Source of the DNA: Thermoanaerobaculia bacterium
GTDB taxonomy: Bacteria; Acidobacteriota; Thermoanaerobaculia; UBA5066
Assembly: GCA_963719225.1 (NCBI GenBank)
Contig: CAVRAY010000001.1
Location: 320,001-384,000, forward strand
Direction: 5' to 3'
Length of the DNA stretch: 64,000 nt
Shown here: in pieces, positions 30,655 to 39,399 of the stretch
How positions within the stretch are numbered: the stretch's first letter is position 1
Layout: each line of letters begins with the position of its first letter
Notes under the pieces: generated by a model
The model's database searches: none
What the model was told of the DNA's origin: nothing
Seen by the model: only the letters and a program-made list of their open reading frames with translations
Made by a program: the position numbers and the translations under genes

Positions 30655-30670
30655 GGGCCTCGCGTTTGCA
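30655..30670 (+). promoter_or_regulatory. sigma54 -24/-12 promoter
   Basis: GGGCCT-CGCGT-TTGCA (GG-N10-GC); GGACA/TGTCC elements about 65-95 bp upstream. Confidence 0.4.
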
Positions 30671-30720
30671 CTGGAGATCGTGTCCCCGAAAAGAAACCGG
30701 GGCAGAAAGAGAGGCCGAAC

Positions 30721-31161
30721 ATGAAGAACCTGATGCGCACCCTGACGCTGTCCGCCGCGGCCCTCGCGGCCCTGGTGGCGGCTCCGAAGTCCGACGCCCA
30801 GCAGGTCCGGCGCGGCGAAACGCACGAGACCTTCCGTGGAAGCCCGGGACGCGGAAACCACGGAAACCCTAGCTACGGAAACCCGAGTCGCGGAAACCGG
30901 AACTACGGAAACCGGAGCTATGGAAACCGGAGCAATGGCGGATACAACCGGGGATTCGTCCGCCCGCCGGCTTTCTACGGTCGCCGTTACGTCTCTCCGT
31001 TCCGGGTCTACGCCGGAAGCCGCTTCTATTCGTACTGCCCGGGGCCCGGCTTCATTTACATCGACGAGCTCGGCTGGGTCTTCCCGCCGTTCCCCGGCGC
31101 GAGATGGTTCCCGGGTTACGTCGACCGGTACGGCGTCCAGATCGACGGCTGCTGGCGCTGA
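30721..31161 (+). CDS. Small secreted Gly/Asn/Tyr-repeat protein
   Basis: Signal peptide, GNxSY repeats, aromatic C-terminal domain (WFPGY...GCWR). Confidence 0.8.
   Translation: MKNLMRTLTLSAAALAALVAAPKSDAQQVRRGETHETFRGSPGRGNHGNPSYGNPSRGNRNYGNRSYGNRSNGGYNRGFVRPPAFYGRRYVSPFRVYAGSRFYSYCPGPGFIYIDELGWVFPPFPGARWFPGYVDRYGVQIDGCWR
30853..30939 (+). repeat. 15-bp coding minisatellite (GGAAAC core)
   Basis: GGAAAC at 30853, 30862, 30877, 30892, 30907, 30922. Confidence 0.85.
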
Positions 31162-31177
31162 ACGCGCGCCGCGCGCG

Positions 31178-31870
31178 CTACTTTCGGAAAAGCGGCAGCA
31201 ACGTGGGTTCGAGGCGACGGTACAGCGCGGCCGTCGCCTCGACGTCTTTCCGGCAGTAGTCGGCGATCTCCCGCACGCGCCCCTGCCGGTAGAGCTCCCC
31301 CACGGCATAGCCGTGAATCTCCTCGCTCTTCGGAGACGGGATCCCGAACGCGACGCAGGACGCGTGGAGAGAAGGCTGCTGATCTCTCGCAACCGCGCCT
31401 TGAAAGCTGAGCACTTCCATGAGGTCGACGTGCGTTTCGACAGAGTAGCGATAGCCCGAGAGATTCTTAGAAGGTGAAAGAGAGTGGACGGCGCTTCGCA
31501 CGGAGAGGAAGGGCCCGTCGAAGGAACGGCCGTTGAAGGAGACGAAGCGCTTGAACTTCTCGACGTTTTCCCAGAACTCCCGCAGCATCGTCGGCTCATC
31601 GCAGGCGATGTATTCGAAGAGCTCGTCCTCGGAGAGTCCCGTCGCGCGCCCACCTAGCGCCTCGTACCAGACGATTCCGCGCCCGGTCTCCGGATTCAAC
31701 ATCCCGATCACGATCACCTTGCCCGTGTAAGGAGAGAGCGCCCCGCCCTCTTTCCTTCTAAGAAAATCTTCATGGTCTTCCGAATAGCGCGTGAGCTTCT
31801 CGCGCTGCAGCGCGTCCAGCTCGAGCCACGGAAACGACACCGTTTCGATGTCGAAGACGACCGTCTTCAC
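31178..31870 (-). CDS. PolB-like 3'-5' exonuclease (RNase H-like)
   Basis: ExoI VFDIET, ExoII SFNGRSFD, ExoIII YCRKDV; GTG start 31870. Confidence 0.88.
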   Translation of the reverse strand: MKTVVFDIETVSFPWLELDALQREKLTRYSEDHEDFLRRKEGGALSPYTGKVIVIGMLNPETGRGIVWYEALGGRATGLSEDELFEYIACDEPTMLREFWENVEKFKRFVSFNGRSFDGPFLSVRSAVHSLSPSKNLSGYRYSVETHVDLMEVLSFQGAVARDQQPSLHASCVAFGIPSPKSEEIHGYAVGELYRQGRVREIADYCRKDVEATAALYRRLEPTLLPLFRK

Positions 31871-31881
31871 GAGACGGGAGC

Positions 31882-32715
31882 TTACTTCGGTCCGCGCGCC
31901 GGCGGCGTCGGCGCCGCAGGCGGCGGGACGCCGAGGCGCTCGGCGAGCCATGCGAGCGCGGCCCTCTTGGCCTCGGGGTGCTCGCGGAGTACGGCGAGGT
32001 TGTGGGCGCCGCCCGGGAACAGAAGCATGCGCTTCGGCTCCGCGGAGGCCGCGAGGAGCTTGTGCGCCGACGCGGACCGGCCGGGGTCGGCTTCGCAGGC
32101 GAGAAGGAGCGCCGCGTGCGGCACGACATTCTTCCCGCCGGCGAGCGGCCGAACACGCGGCTCGTTCACGGAGATCGCCACGGCCGCGTCCACCAGCTTC
32201 TCCGACGAGGCCAGAAGGGCGAGATAGCCGCCGACCGAGAGGCCGAGGGCCGCCGTTCGCGGCGACTTCGTCCTCAGCCACCTGGCCGCGGCCTCGACGT
32301 CGCGCGGGAAAGCCGCCGGGTCCTTGAGGAGGGAGGGGGAGATCCGGAGCGTCGAGCCGCCTCTCTTCGTCGACTCGCCGTGGGCGCGCAGGTCGAAGGA
32401 GAGAGTCGCGAAGCCCCGTGCGCGGAGCTCCTCGGCGAAAGGTTCCCACTCGCGCCGGTCTCGCGAAAAATCGTGGATGAGGAGGACGCCCGGCGCCTGC
32501 GCGTCGCCGTTCACGGGACGCCAGGAAGCTGCGAGAGCGACCCCGTCGGCCGTCGGGATCGTCACGCGGAAGGGGTCGACGGGACGCGGCACCGGCGTGG
32601 GCTCCGGGGTCTTCCTCTTCTTCCTTTTCGCGGCTTCGGCGGTCCCGCTCGCGAGAAGCGCGACAGCAGCGGTCGCGGCGATCGCGCGCCGGAGGGCGGG
32701 CCCGAAAACGGTCAC
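31882..32715 (-). CDS. Secreted alpha/beta hydrolase
   Basis: Signal peptide, FDLRAHGES, nucleophile elbow GLSVGG, GGAH; GTG overlaps upstream TGA. Confidence 0.85.
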   Translation of the reverse strand: MTVFGPALRRAIAATAAVALLASGTAEAAKRKKRKTPEPTPVPRPVDPFRVTIPTADGVALAASWRPVNGDAQAPGVLLIHDFSRDRREWEPFAEELRARGFATLSFDLRAHGESTKRGGSTLRISPSLLKDPAAFPRDVEAAARWLRTKSPRTAALGLSVGGYLALLASSEKLVDAAVAISVNEPRVRPLAGGKNVVPHAALLLACEADPGRSASAHKLLAASAEPKRMLLFPGGAHNLAVLREHPEAKRAALAWLAERLGVPPPAAPTPPARGPK

Positions 32716-33737
32716 TTCGGCTTGAAGCCGCTGCCGAAGGCGAAGAGGAAGTGGTCGTGCGCGTAGTGGGTGAGCAGGAACGAGAGCACGACCGCGTAGT
32801 AGCTGGGTTCCGCCGGCAGGCGCAGCACGACGGTGAGGAGCAGGATCACGAGCGTGGCCCCGGTCGTCATCAGGAGATTCCAGCCGTAGTAGCGGAAGAA
32901 CTTCCCGGGCCGCCCCATTTTCCTCACGAATTCGGCGCCGGCCGCGGCGTTGTCCTGCCGGAGGATGAGGTACGTGAGCCCGAGGTACTGGAAGGAGTGC
33001 CACGCGTTGAACCCCTGGAAGGAGATCGAGAGCTCGGGCAGGCGCGGGACGAGGAGGGCCACGCCGATCGTGAGTCCCATGAAGAAGGCGTACGGACCGG
33101 CGAGCTCGCGGCGGCGGATCTGGTTCGCGGTGAAGACGACCCATGCGGCGATGAGCGCCGCCGTGAAGAAGGCGAAGGAGTCGGCGAACCAGGCGTGCTT
33201 CAGGAAAGCGGGGAACCAGAGCGTCGTTTCACCGATGCGGAACGTGCCCGCGACGTGCCGGTACATCGCGTAGCTGTAGAGCGACGTGATGACGACCGAG
33301 AAGTCGAGGAGACGCTGCCACGGGCGCGCCGCGCCGCCCTTCTCGCGATAGAGGTACCCGATGTACGAAGCCTGGTCGCACACGTGGATCGATGCCCACG
33401 TGAAGAAGAACGTGAGGAGCCACGGGAAGGCGTAGACGGCGCCGAGGATGACGCCGATCGGGACGACCACGACGGGCGCCCACGTGAGCGCCGGGTGAAG
33501 CTGCCGGAAGCGGGGCTCGAAGACGGTCTTCAGGAACGTGGCGTACATGTGCGGGCCGCCGATGAGGAGCGTGATCAGAAGGTCCACGCCGCCGGCCGTG
33601 GTCTTGCCGAACGTATGCATCAGCGGCGGAACGGCGACGAGAGCCGCCGACAGGGTCAGAACCACGAGGTCCCAGCGCGGATTCGCGATCCACTGCGAGG
33701 ACCGGGAAGGGGCCAGGACCTGCGCTTCGGCGTTCAT
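32712..33737 (-). CDS. Polytopic membrane protein with conserved His motifs
   Basis: About 8-9 TM segments; GPHMYATF, SIHVCDQ, WHSFQY, THYAHDH. Confidence 0.8.
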   Translation of the reverse strand: MNAEAQVLAPSRSSQWIANPRWDLVVLTLSAALVAVPPLMHTFGKTTAGGVDLLITLLIGGPHMYATFLKTVFEPRFRQLHPALTWAPVVVVPIGVILGAVYAFPWLLTFFFTWASIHVCDQASYIGYLYREKGGAARPWQRLLDFSVVITSLYSYAMYRHVAGTFRIGETTLWFPAFLKHAWFADSFAFFTAALIAAWVVFTANQIRRRELAGPYAFFMGLTIGVALLVPRLPELSISFQGFNAWHSFQYLGLTYLILRQDNAAAGAEFVRKMGRPGKFFRYYGWNLLMTTGATLVILLLTVVLRLPAEPSYYAVVLSFLLTHYAHDHFLFAFGSGFKPK

Positions 33738-33827
33738 GACGTGGTCGCGGGCCTTGGGGCTTCGGGCCCGGCGGCGCGAGTGTAGCAAAGGGAAGAAAGG
33801 CCTTCGGGCGGGCGTTAAGATCGTCGA

Positions 33828-34820
33828 ATGAGCGCGCTCCCGATCGCACGCCCCGCGCCGGTCGACCCGGCGCTCGACCTCGAGGCCGCGATCCGCGGCC
33901 TCAAGAAGGAGCGCAACGCGGTCGTTCTGGCGCACTACTACCAGGAGTCCGAGATCCAGGATCTCGCCGACTTCGTAGGCGACTCGCTCGAGCTCGCGAG
34001 GCGCGGGACTCAGGTGAAGGAGAAGGTCATCGCGTTCGCGGGCGTCCACTTCATGGCCGAGACCTCGAAAATCCTCACGCCGGAGAAGACGGTGGTCGTG
34101 CCGGACCTCGAGGCCGGATGCTCGCTCGCGGACGGCTGCCCGGCGCCGCTCTTCGGCGAGTGGCTGAAGAGATACCCCGGACACACGGTCGTCAGCTACA
34201 TCAACTGCTCGGCGGGCGTGAAGGCGCTTTCGGACGTCATCGTGACGTCGTCCTCGGCCGAAGTCATCCTGAGGCAGATTCCCGATCCGGTCGTGTTCGC
34301 GCCGGACCGGAACCTCGCCGCATGGCTCGAGAAGAAGCTGAACCGGAAGTTCGTCGTGTGGCCCGGGACGTGCATCGTGCACGAGACGTTTTCGGAGAAG
34401 AAGCTCGTCGACCTCATGACGCGAAATCCCGAAGCGGAGGTCATCGCGCATCCTGAGTGCGAAGAGCGGATCCTGCGCCACGCGACCTTCGTCGCCTCCA
34501 CGTCCGGCCTCCTGAAACACGTCACGACGTCGCCCAAGAGGGCGTTCATCGTGGCGACCGAGGAAGGGATCCTCCACCAGATGCGCCGGGCGGCACCGGA
34601 AAAGACGCTGATCCCCGCGCCGCCGGACGCGGATTGCGCGTGCAACATCTGCCCGCACATGAAGCGCAACACGCTCGAGAAGCTTTATCTTTGCCTGCGC
34701 GACCTCGAGCCTGCGATCGAGGTTCCCGAAGACGTGAGGATCAGGGCGAAGCGCTCCATCGACCGAATGCTCGAGATGACGGCCGGAATGACGCTGACCC
34801 CCGTCGGCTCGCGGTCTTGA
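33828..34820 (+). CDS. nadA: Quinolinate synthase
   Basis: LAHYYQ, GDSL, GVHFMAET, AGCSLA, YINCS, AHPEC, CPHMK. Confidence 0.97.
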   Translation: MSALPIARPAPVDPALDLEAAIRGLKKERNAVVLAHYYQESEIQDLADFVGDSLELARRGTQVKEKVIAFAGVHFMAETSKILTPEKTVVVPDLEAGCSLADGCPAPLFGEWLKRYPGHTVVSYINCSAGVKALSDVIVTSSSAEVILRQIPDPVVFAPDRNLAAWLEKKLNRKFVVWPGTCIVHETFSEKKLVDLMTRNPEAEVIAHPECEERILRHATFVASTSGLLKHVTTSPKRAFIVATEEGILHQMRRAAPEKTLIPAPPDADCACNICPHMKRNTLEKLYLCLRDLEPAIEVPEDVRIRAKRSIDRMLEMTAGMTLTPVGSRS

Positions 34821-37141
34821 GCGCGCAACCCCGGCCGCGCCTCCCCCGGGCCGCGCTGGGCGTGGGCGCGCTCCTCCTCGCGACCGGACTCGTCGCGGCC
34901 TTGCGCGTCCTTCCGGAATGGCGGGCTGCGAATCCCCGCCCGGCGGGCCTGATCGAGAAGGCGCGGGGGATCGCCGCTTCCGCGGGCGCCACGCTGTCGC
35001 GCGCCTCCGTCGTCCTCGAAGGTCGGCCGGATGCGTCGCGGATGTTCGAACGCGCCTATCGGCGGCTCCGTCGCCGGGCCTCGACGTATCTCGAGGCGAC
35101 GGGCGGCGCGATGGCCTGGACGGTGTCGGGCAACATCGAGGTCCCGGCGACCGGCACAGGTCCGGCGGAATTCGCCTTTTTCCCCGATGGCTCCCTGCAG
35201 GCCTTGCATTGGCGTCCCGCCGGCTCGCTGTTCGGTGCCACCGACACGAAGCTCCAGCCCCTTCGCCGGGCGTTCTTCGATCGCATCGAGGTTCCGCTGG
35301 CGGCCGGCCAGAAAAGGTCGGGATCGGAATACGAGTTCTCGGGAGGGAACGGCCTGGTCCGGGTCCACCCGCTCGAGACCGCGGAAGGCAGGCCTGCGGA
35401 GTGCATCGTCCTCCAGGAACGCGGAAACGTGCTCTTCTCCGCCTCGCGTCAGCTCTCCGACCCCGACGCGCCCAAGCAGTTCGACGCCGAAGGGATCACC
35501 CGGCAGATCTACAGGTTCGTCCCGAGGCTTCTGCTTTTTCTTTCCGTCATCGCTCTTTTTGGAGTCCTCCTCTACAAGCGCCGCCTCGGTTTCAGGATCG
35601 GAATCTCCCTCGTCGTTTTCGCGGCGGTCTACGAGATCGCGGCGGGCCTCGGAGACGACGCGAACCTCGGCAGCCTCGCCGGTTTCGTGATCGCGGTCCG
35701 CATCTTCCTGCTCCTCTATTTCCTGGGTCTGTGGGCCGTGGCCGAATCGCTTCTCCGCGACACAGTCCCGGGCTTCACGACGAGCCTCGACGCGTTCGCG
35801 GCGAGACGGCTCGGTCCGCGCGGCGGGCGGGCCATCCTCGCCGGCCTCGGCGGAGGTGCCGCGCTCGTGGGGGTCTCCCTGCTCGCCTTCTCCGCGGCCG
35901 CCGTTGCTTCGCCTTCGGGCGTGTGGCCGTCGGCACCGTCGTTCCCGTATCCGCTCTTCCAGCCGCAAAACGGGCCCTTCTTCGAAGGAGGATTCGACAC
36001 GGCGCTCTTCGCGCTCTTCGTCGCGCTCTTCCGTTTCGTCGTGCCGCGCCGGCTCGCGAGCGTCGCGGCGGCCGTCTCCTTCGCGCTCTATACCTCGGTA
36101 TCAATGCCCCTTCATCCATGGGGAGCGGGCCTCGCCCTGGCGCTTGCGTCCGCGGCGGTGCTGCTGTGGGCGTTCGACCGGTACGGGCTCGCGGCACTCC
36201 TCGTCGCAGCGGTTTCCTCGGCGCTCCTGCGCGACGCTCTCGTTGCGAGCATGCATCTCGAAGGCAACCTCCTCCCCGCGCTCCTGACGGTGGGGCCCCT
36301 TCTCGCCGTCGCCGCGGCCGGCGCGGTCGGGCTCGCGCGGCCCGAACGCGACGAGGAAGGCCGCCTCGACGCGCCCGGCTACGTGAGGCGCCTCGAGTCG
36401 GAAAGGCGCGTGAAATACGAGATGGACCTCCTTTCGCGCATGCAGCTCTCCCTTCTCCCGGAGAGGCCGCCCTCCGTGGAGGGACTCGAGCTATCGGTGA
36501 AGACGATCCTCGCGACCGAGGCGGGCGGCGATCTTTACGACTTCGTGCGGGACGAGGCGGGCGCCCTTTGGATCGCGGCGGGCGACGTGTCGGGACACGG
36601 CTATTCCTGCGGCATCCAGCAGGCGATGGTCATGGCCGCGCTCTCGAGCCTGGTGAAGGCGGAAAGAAAGCCGTCGGAGATTCTCGTGGAAATCGACCGC
36701 GTCCTGCGCATGGGCCGCAGCGCGCGGCTCTTCACGTCGGTTGCGCTCCTGCGCCTCGACCCGGCGACCGGCTCCGGTCTGCTCGCGAATGCGGGACACC
36801 CCTTCCCGATCCTGCTGCACGAAGGCAAGACGGTCGAGGTCACGGGCTCCGGCCTGCCGCTCGGGCAGGGTCCGAAGCGAACGTACGCGGACGTCCCGGT
36901 CGAGATTCCGAAGGGCGGCGTGCTCGTCCTCGCGTCCGACGGACTCTTCGAGGGGTCCGACCGGTTCGACGTCCCTTACGGCTTCGAACGTCCCCGCACG
37001 GTCCTCGAGTCGACGAGCCTCTGGCGCCGGCCGCCCGAGTCCATCGTCGAAGCGCTCCTCGCGGACTGGCGGCTGCACGTGGGTGACGGGCCTCCCTCCG
37101 ACGACACGACGATCCTCGTCGTCAAGAGGCCGCTGTTTTGA
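34817..37141 (+). CDS. Membrane-bound PP2C/SpoIIE (RsbU-like) phosphatase
   Basis: Multiple TMs, then GGDLYD, GDVSGHG, NAGHP, SDGL, DDTT. Confidence 0.9.
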   Translation: MSAQPRPRLPRAALGVGALLLATGLVAALRVLPEWRAANPRPAGLIEKARGIAASAGATLSRASVVLEGRPDASRMFERAYRRLRRRASTYLEATGGAMAWTVSGNIEVPATGTGPAEFAFFPDGSLQALHWRPAGSLFGATDTKLQPLRRAFFDRIEVPLAAGQKRSGSEYEFSGGNGLVRVHPLETAEGRPAECIVLQERGNVLFSASRQLSDPDAPKQFDAEGITRQIYRFVPRLLLFLSVIALFGVLLYKRRLGFRIGISLVVFAAVYEIAAGLGDDANLGSLAGFVIAVRIFLLLYFLGLWAVAESLLRDTVPGFTTSLDAFAARRLGPRGGRAILAGLGGGAALVGVSLLAFSAAAVASPSGVWPSAPSFPYPLFQPQNGPFFEGGFDTALFALFVALFRFVVPRRLASVAAAVSFALYTSVSMPLHPWGAGLALALASAAVLLWAFDRYGLAALLVAAVSSALLRDALVASMHLEGNLLPALLTVGPLLAVAAAGAVGLARPERDEEGRLDAPGYVRRLESERRVKYEMDLLSRMQLSLLPERPPSVEGLELSVKTILATEAGGDLYDFVRDEAGALWIAAGDVSGHGYSCGIQQAMVMAALSSLVKAERKPSEILVEIDRVLRMGRSARLFTSVALLRLDPATGSGLLANAGHPFPILLHEGKTVEVTGSGLPLGQGPKRTYADVPVEIPKGGVLVLASDGLFEGSDRFDVPYGFERPRTVLESTSLWRRPPESIVEALLADWRLHVGDGPPSDDTTILVVKRPLF

Positions 37142-37224
37142 AACCCCTGCTTCCCGCCTTGCCTCTTCCTCACGGATCAGGCGCTGTGAGTTCATTCTGA
37201 TATATTCTGCTTCGGAGTGAATCC

Positions 37225-37473
37225 GTGCCCAGAACCGTGACCATCCGGCTGCCCGACAAGTCGTACGAAATCGTGCGGGCCGCCGCTGAAGCGGACCGGC
37301 GCTCCATCGCGAACTTGATCGAAACCGCCACGCTTCGGTACCTCGAGGAAGAGTCCTTCATGGAGGCCGCCGAAGGTCGAGAGGTCCTGTCCGACCGCGG
37401 ACTCCTCCGGCGGCTCAAAACCGGGCACGCCGAGGCCATGACGCGGAAGGGGCGCTTCGTGCGTGGCCTATAG
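37225..37473 (+). CDS. RHH antitoxin
   Basis: TVTIRLPD...AAEADRRSIAN; overlaps the toxin gene. Confidence 0.8.
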   Translation: MPRTVTIRLPDKSYEIVRAAAEADRRSIANLIETATLRYLEEESFMEAAEGREVLSDRGLLRRLKTGHAEAMTRKGRFVRGL

Positions 37474-37741
37474 GGTTTTCGAGACGCGGCAGTTTCAACG
37501 GGATCTCGAGGCGCTCGGGCCCGCCGTGCGCGACAGGCTCGAGAAGAAGTTGCGAAGCCACGTGTATCCGTTCCTCGCCGAGAGCCCCCGCTTCGGGCCC
37601 AACGTGAAGCGCCTCCTGGGATTCGACCCGCCCACGTGGCGATACCGAATCGGAGACTGGCGTTTCTTCTTCTCGATCGACGATGAGAAACAGATCGTGT
37701 CGATGTTGACGGCGGATCACCGGAGCCGGGCGTACCGATGA
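37463..37741 (+). CDS. RelE/ParE family toxin
   Basis: FQRDL, NVKRL, WRYRIGDWRFFF, HRSRAY. Confidence 0.9.
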   Translation: MAYRVFETRQFQRDLEALGPAVRDRLEKKLRSHVYPFLAESPRFGPNVKRLLGFDPPTWRYRIGDWRFFFSIDDEKQIVSMLTADHRSRAYR

Positions 37742-38910
37742 TTGAAGTACGCCGCCCGCCGCTCGAAGGAATCGTCGTGCTCGACCTCTCCCGCGTCCTG
37801 GCCGGGCCGGTCGCGACGATGGTGCTCGCGGATCTTGGCGCCCGCGTCGTGAAGGTCGAGGATCCGCGCGGCGGCGACTTCTCACGCGGCTGGAAGCCGC
37901 CGATTCTCGACGGCGAGTCGGCGTACTTCCTGTCCGTGAACCGGCGAAAGGAATCGGCGGCGGTGGATCTCGGGACGGCGGTGGGCGCCGAGTTCGTGCG
38001 GCGCTGGGCCGCGAAGGCGGACGTCCTCGTCGAGAACTTCCTTCCGGGCGCGCTCGAGAGGCGCGGTCTCGGGGTCGAGTCGCTTCGCGTGCTGAATCCA
38101 CGCCTCGTCGCCTGCTCGATCTCCGGCGCCGGAGACGTGGGGCCCGAAGCCGGCGAGCCGGGCTTCGACCTCCTCGCGCAGGGGGCCACGGGGCTCATGT
38201 GGATCACGGGCCCTACGGATGGAGGCCCTTACAAAGTGGGCGTCGCGGTCGTCGATGTTCTCGCCGGGTGGTCCGCGGTGACGGCGATCCTCGGCGCGCT
38301 GCAGGCCCGTGAACGAGACGGAATCGGGGCTCACGTGAGGACGAACCTCGTCTCGACGGGGCTCGCCGCGCTCGTTAACGTCGCGGGCTCGGCGCTCGCG
38401 ACGAACCGGGAGGCGACACGCCACGGCAACTCCCACGCGACGATCGAGCCTTATCGCGCCTTCGAGGCTTCGGACGGCGGGTTCCTTCTCGCGATCGGAA
38501 CGGACCGGCAATTCGGGATTCTCTGTGAAGGGGTCATCGGGCGGCCGGACCTGGCCACGAATCCGCGGTTCGCCACGAACGTGGGACGCGTCTCGAACCG
38601 CGCGGCGCTCGTTCCGATCCTCGAAGAAATCTTCGCAAGGGAGTCCCGAGCCACGTGGCTCGCACGCCTCCGCGAGGCCGCCCTTCCCGCCGGGCCCATC
38701 GCGGGCCCCCTCGAGGGGATTCGCTCGCCCCAGGCGACCGCGCTGGGATCGGTACTCGAGACGACCCGGGACGGGCGGACCGTCCCGACGATCCGGCCGC
38801 CTTTCTTCCTCGACGGCTTCGCCGAGCCCGCCCCCGTCGCCCCCCCGCGCCTCGGCGAGGACACCGAGCGCCTCTTCGCCGAAGTCGGACTCGACTGCGC
38901 CGAACCATAA
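37738..38910 (+). CDS. CaiB/BaiF family III CoA-transferase
   Basis: DLSRVLAGP, LADLGA, NRRKES, DVLVENF, GFD, PRLGEDT. Confidence 0.95.
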   Translation: MIEVRRPPLEGIVVLDLSRVLAGPVATMVLADLGARVVKVEDPRGGDFSRGWKPPILDGESAYFLSVNRRKESAAVDLGTAVGAEFVRRWAAKADVLVENFLPGALERRGLGVESLRVLNPRLVACSISGAGDVGPEAGEPGFDLLAQGATGLMWITGPTDGGPYKVGVAVVDVLAGWSAVTAILGALQARERDGIGAHVRTNLVSTGLAALVNVAGSALATNREATRHGNSHATIEPYRAFEASDGGFLLAIGTDRQFGILCEGVIGRPDLATNPRFATNVGRVSNRAALVPILEEIFARESRATWLARLREAALPAGPIAGPLEGIRSPQATALGSVLETTRDGRTVPTIRPPFFLDGFAEPAPVAPPRLGEDTERLFAEVGLDCAEP

Positions 38911-38921
38911 GGAGACCGATC

Positions 38922-39338
38922 ATGCCGGACCTGATTGAGCTGCTCACGTTCGAATCGCACAAGCTGGTGATGGCCGCCCCGCACCTCCTCAAGCACCGAC
39001 TCAAGGAAAAGATCAAGAAGCTCGTGCGGGAGCCGTTCTTCAACGAAGCCGCCATGATCAAGGCGATGAAAGAGGTACAGCGGGAGCTGGACCTCCATTT
39101 GAGGTCACATCCCGATCGGGAGAGAGCGATGGTCGGAGCGATGATCGTGTACTGCGTGCTGCTCCGGGAAGAAGTGCGTCAGATGGTACATCTCGACCAC
39201 CAGCACCCGGACATGCACTTGCTGCGGGGCCACGTTAACAACGTATTTCGCCTGCAGGCGATGATTCAGCCCTTGCTGAAGGAGGCTAACGCTCACCAGA
39301 TCGAAGAACTGGAAGAAGCACTCCGACGAATTCACTAG
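38922..39338 (+). CDS. Hypothetical His-rich helical protein
   Basis: AAGGAG RBS, 138 aa, 12 His, lower GC than flanks. Confidence 0.7.
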   Translation: MPDLIELLTFESHKLVMAAPHLLKHRLKEKIKKLVREPFFNEAAMIKAMKEVQRELDLHLRSHPDRERAMVGAMIVYCVLLREEVRQMVHLDHQHPDMHLLRGHVNNVFRLQAMIQPLLKEANAHQIEELEEALRRIH

Positions 39339-39399
39339 TCCAGGGTTGGCCGTCATTAGCGTACTTTTCGGTGCAGAATGGGTGCACAGGAGGCCTCCA

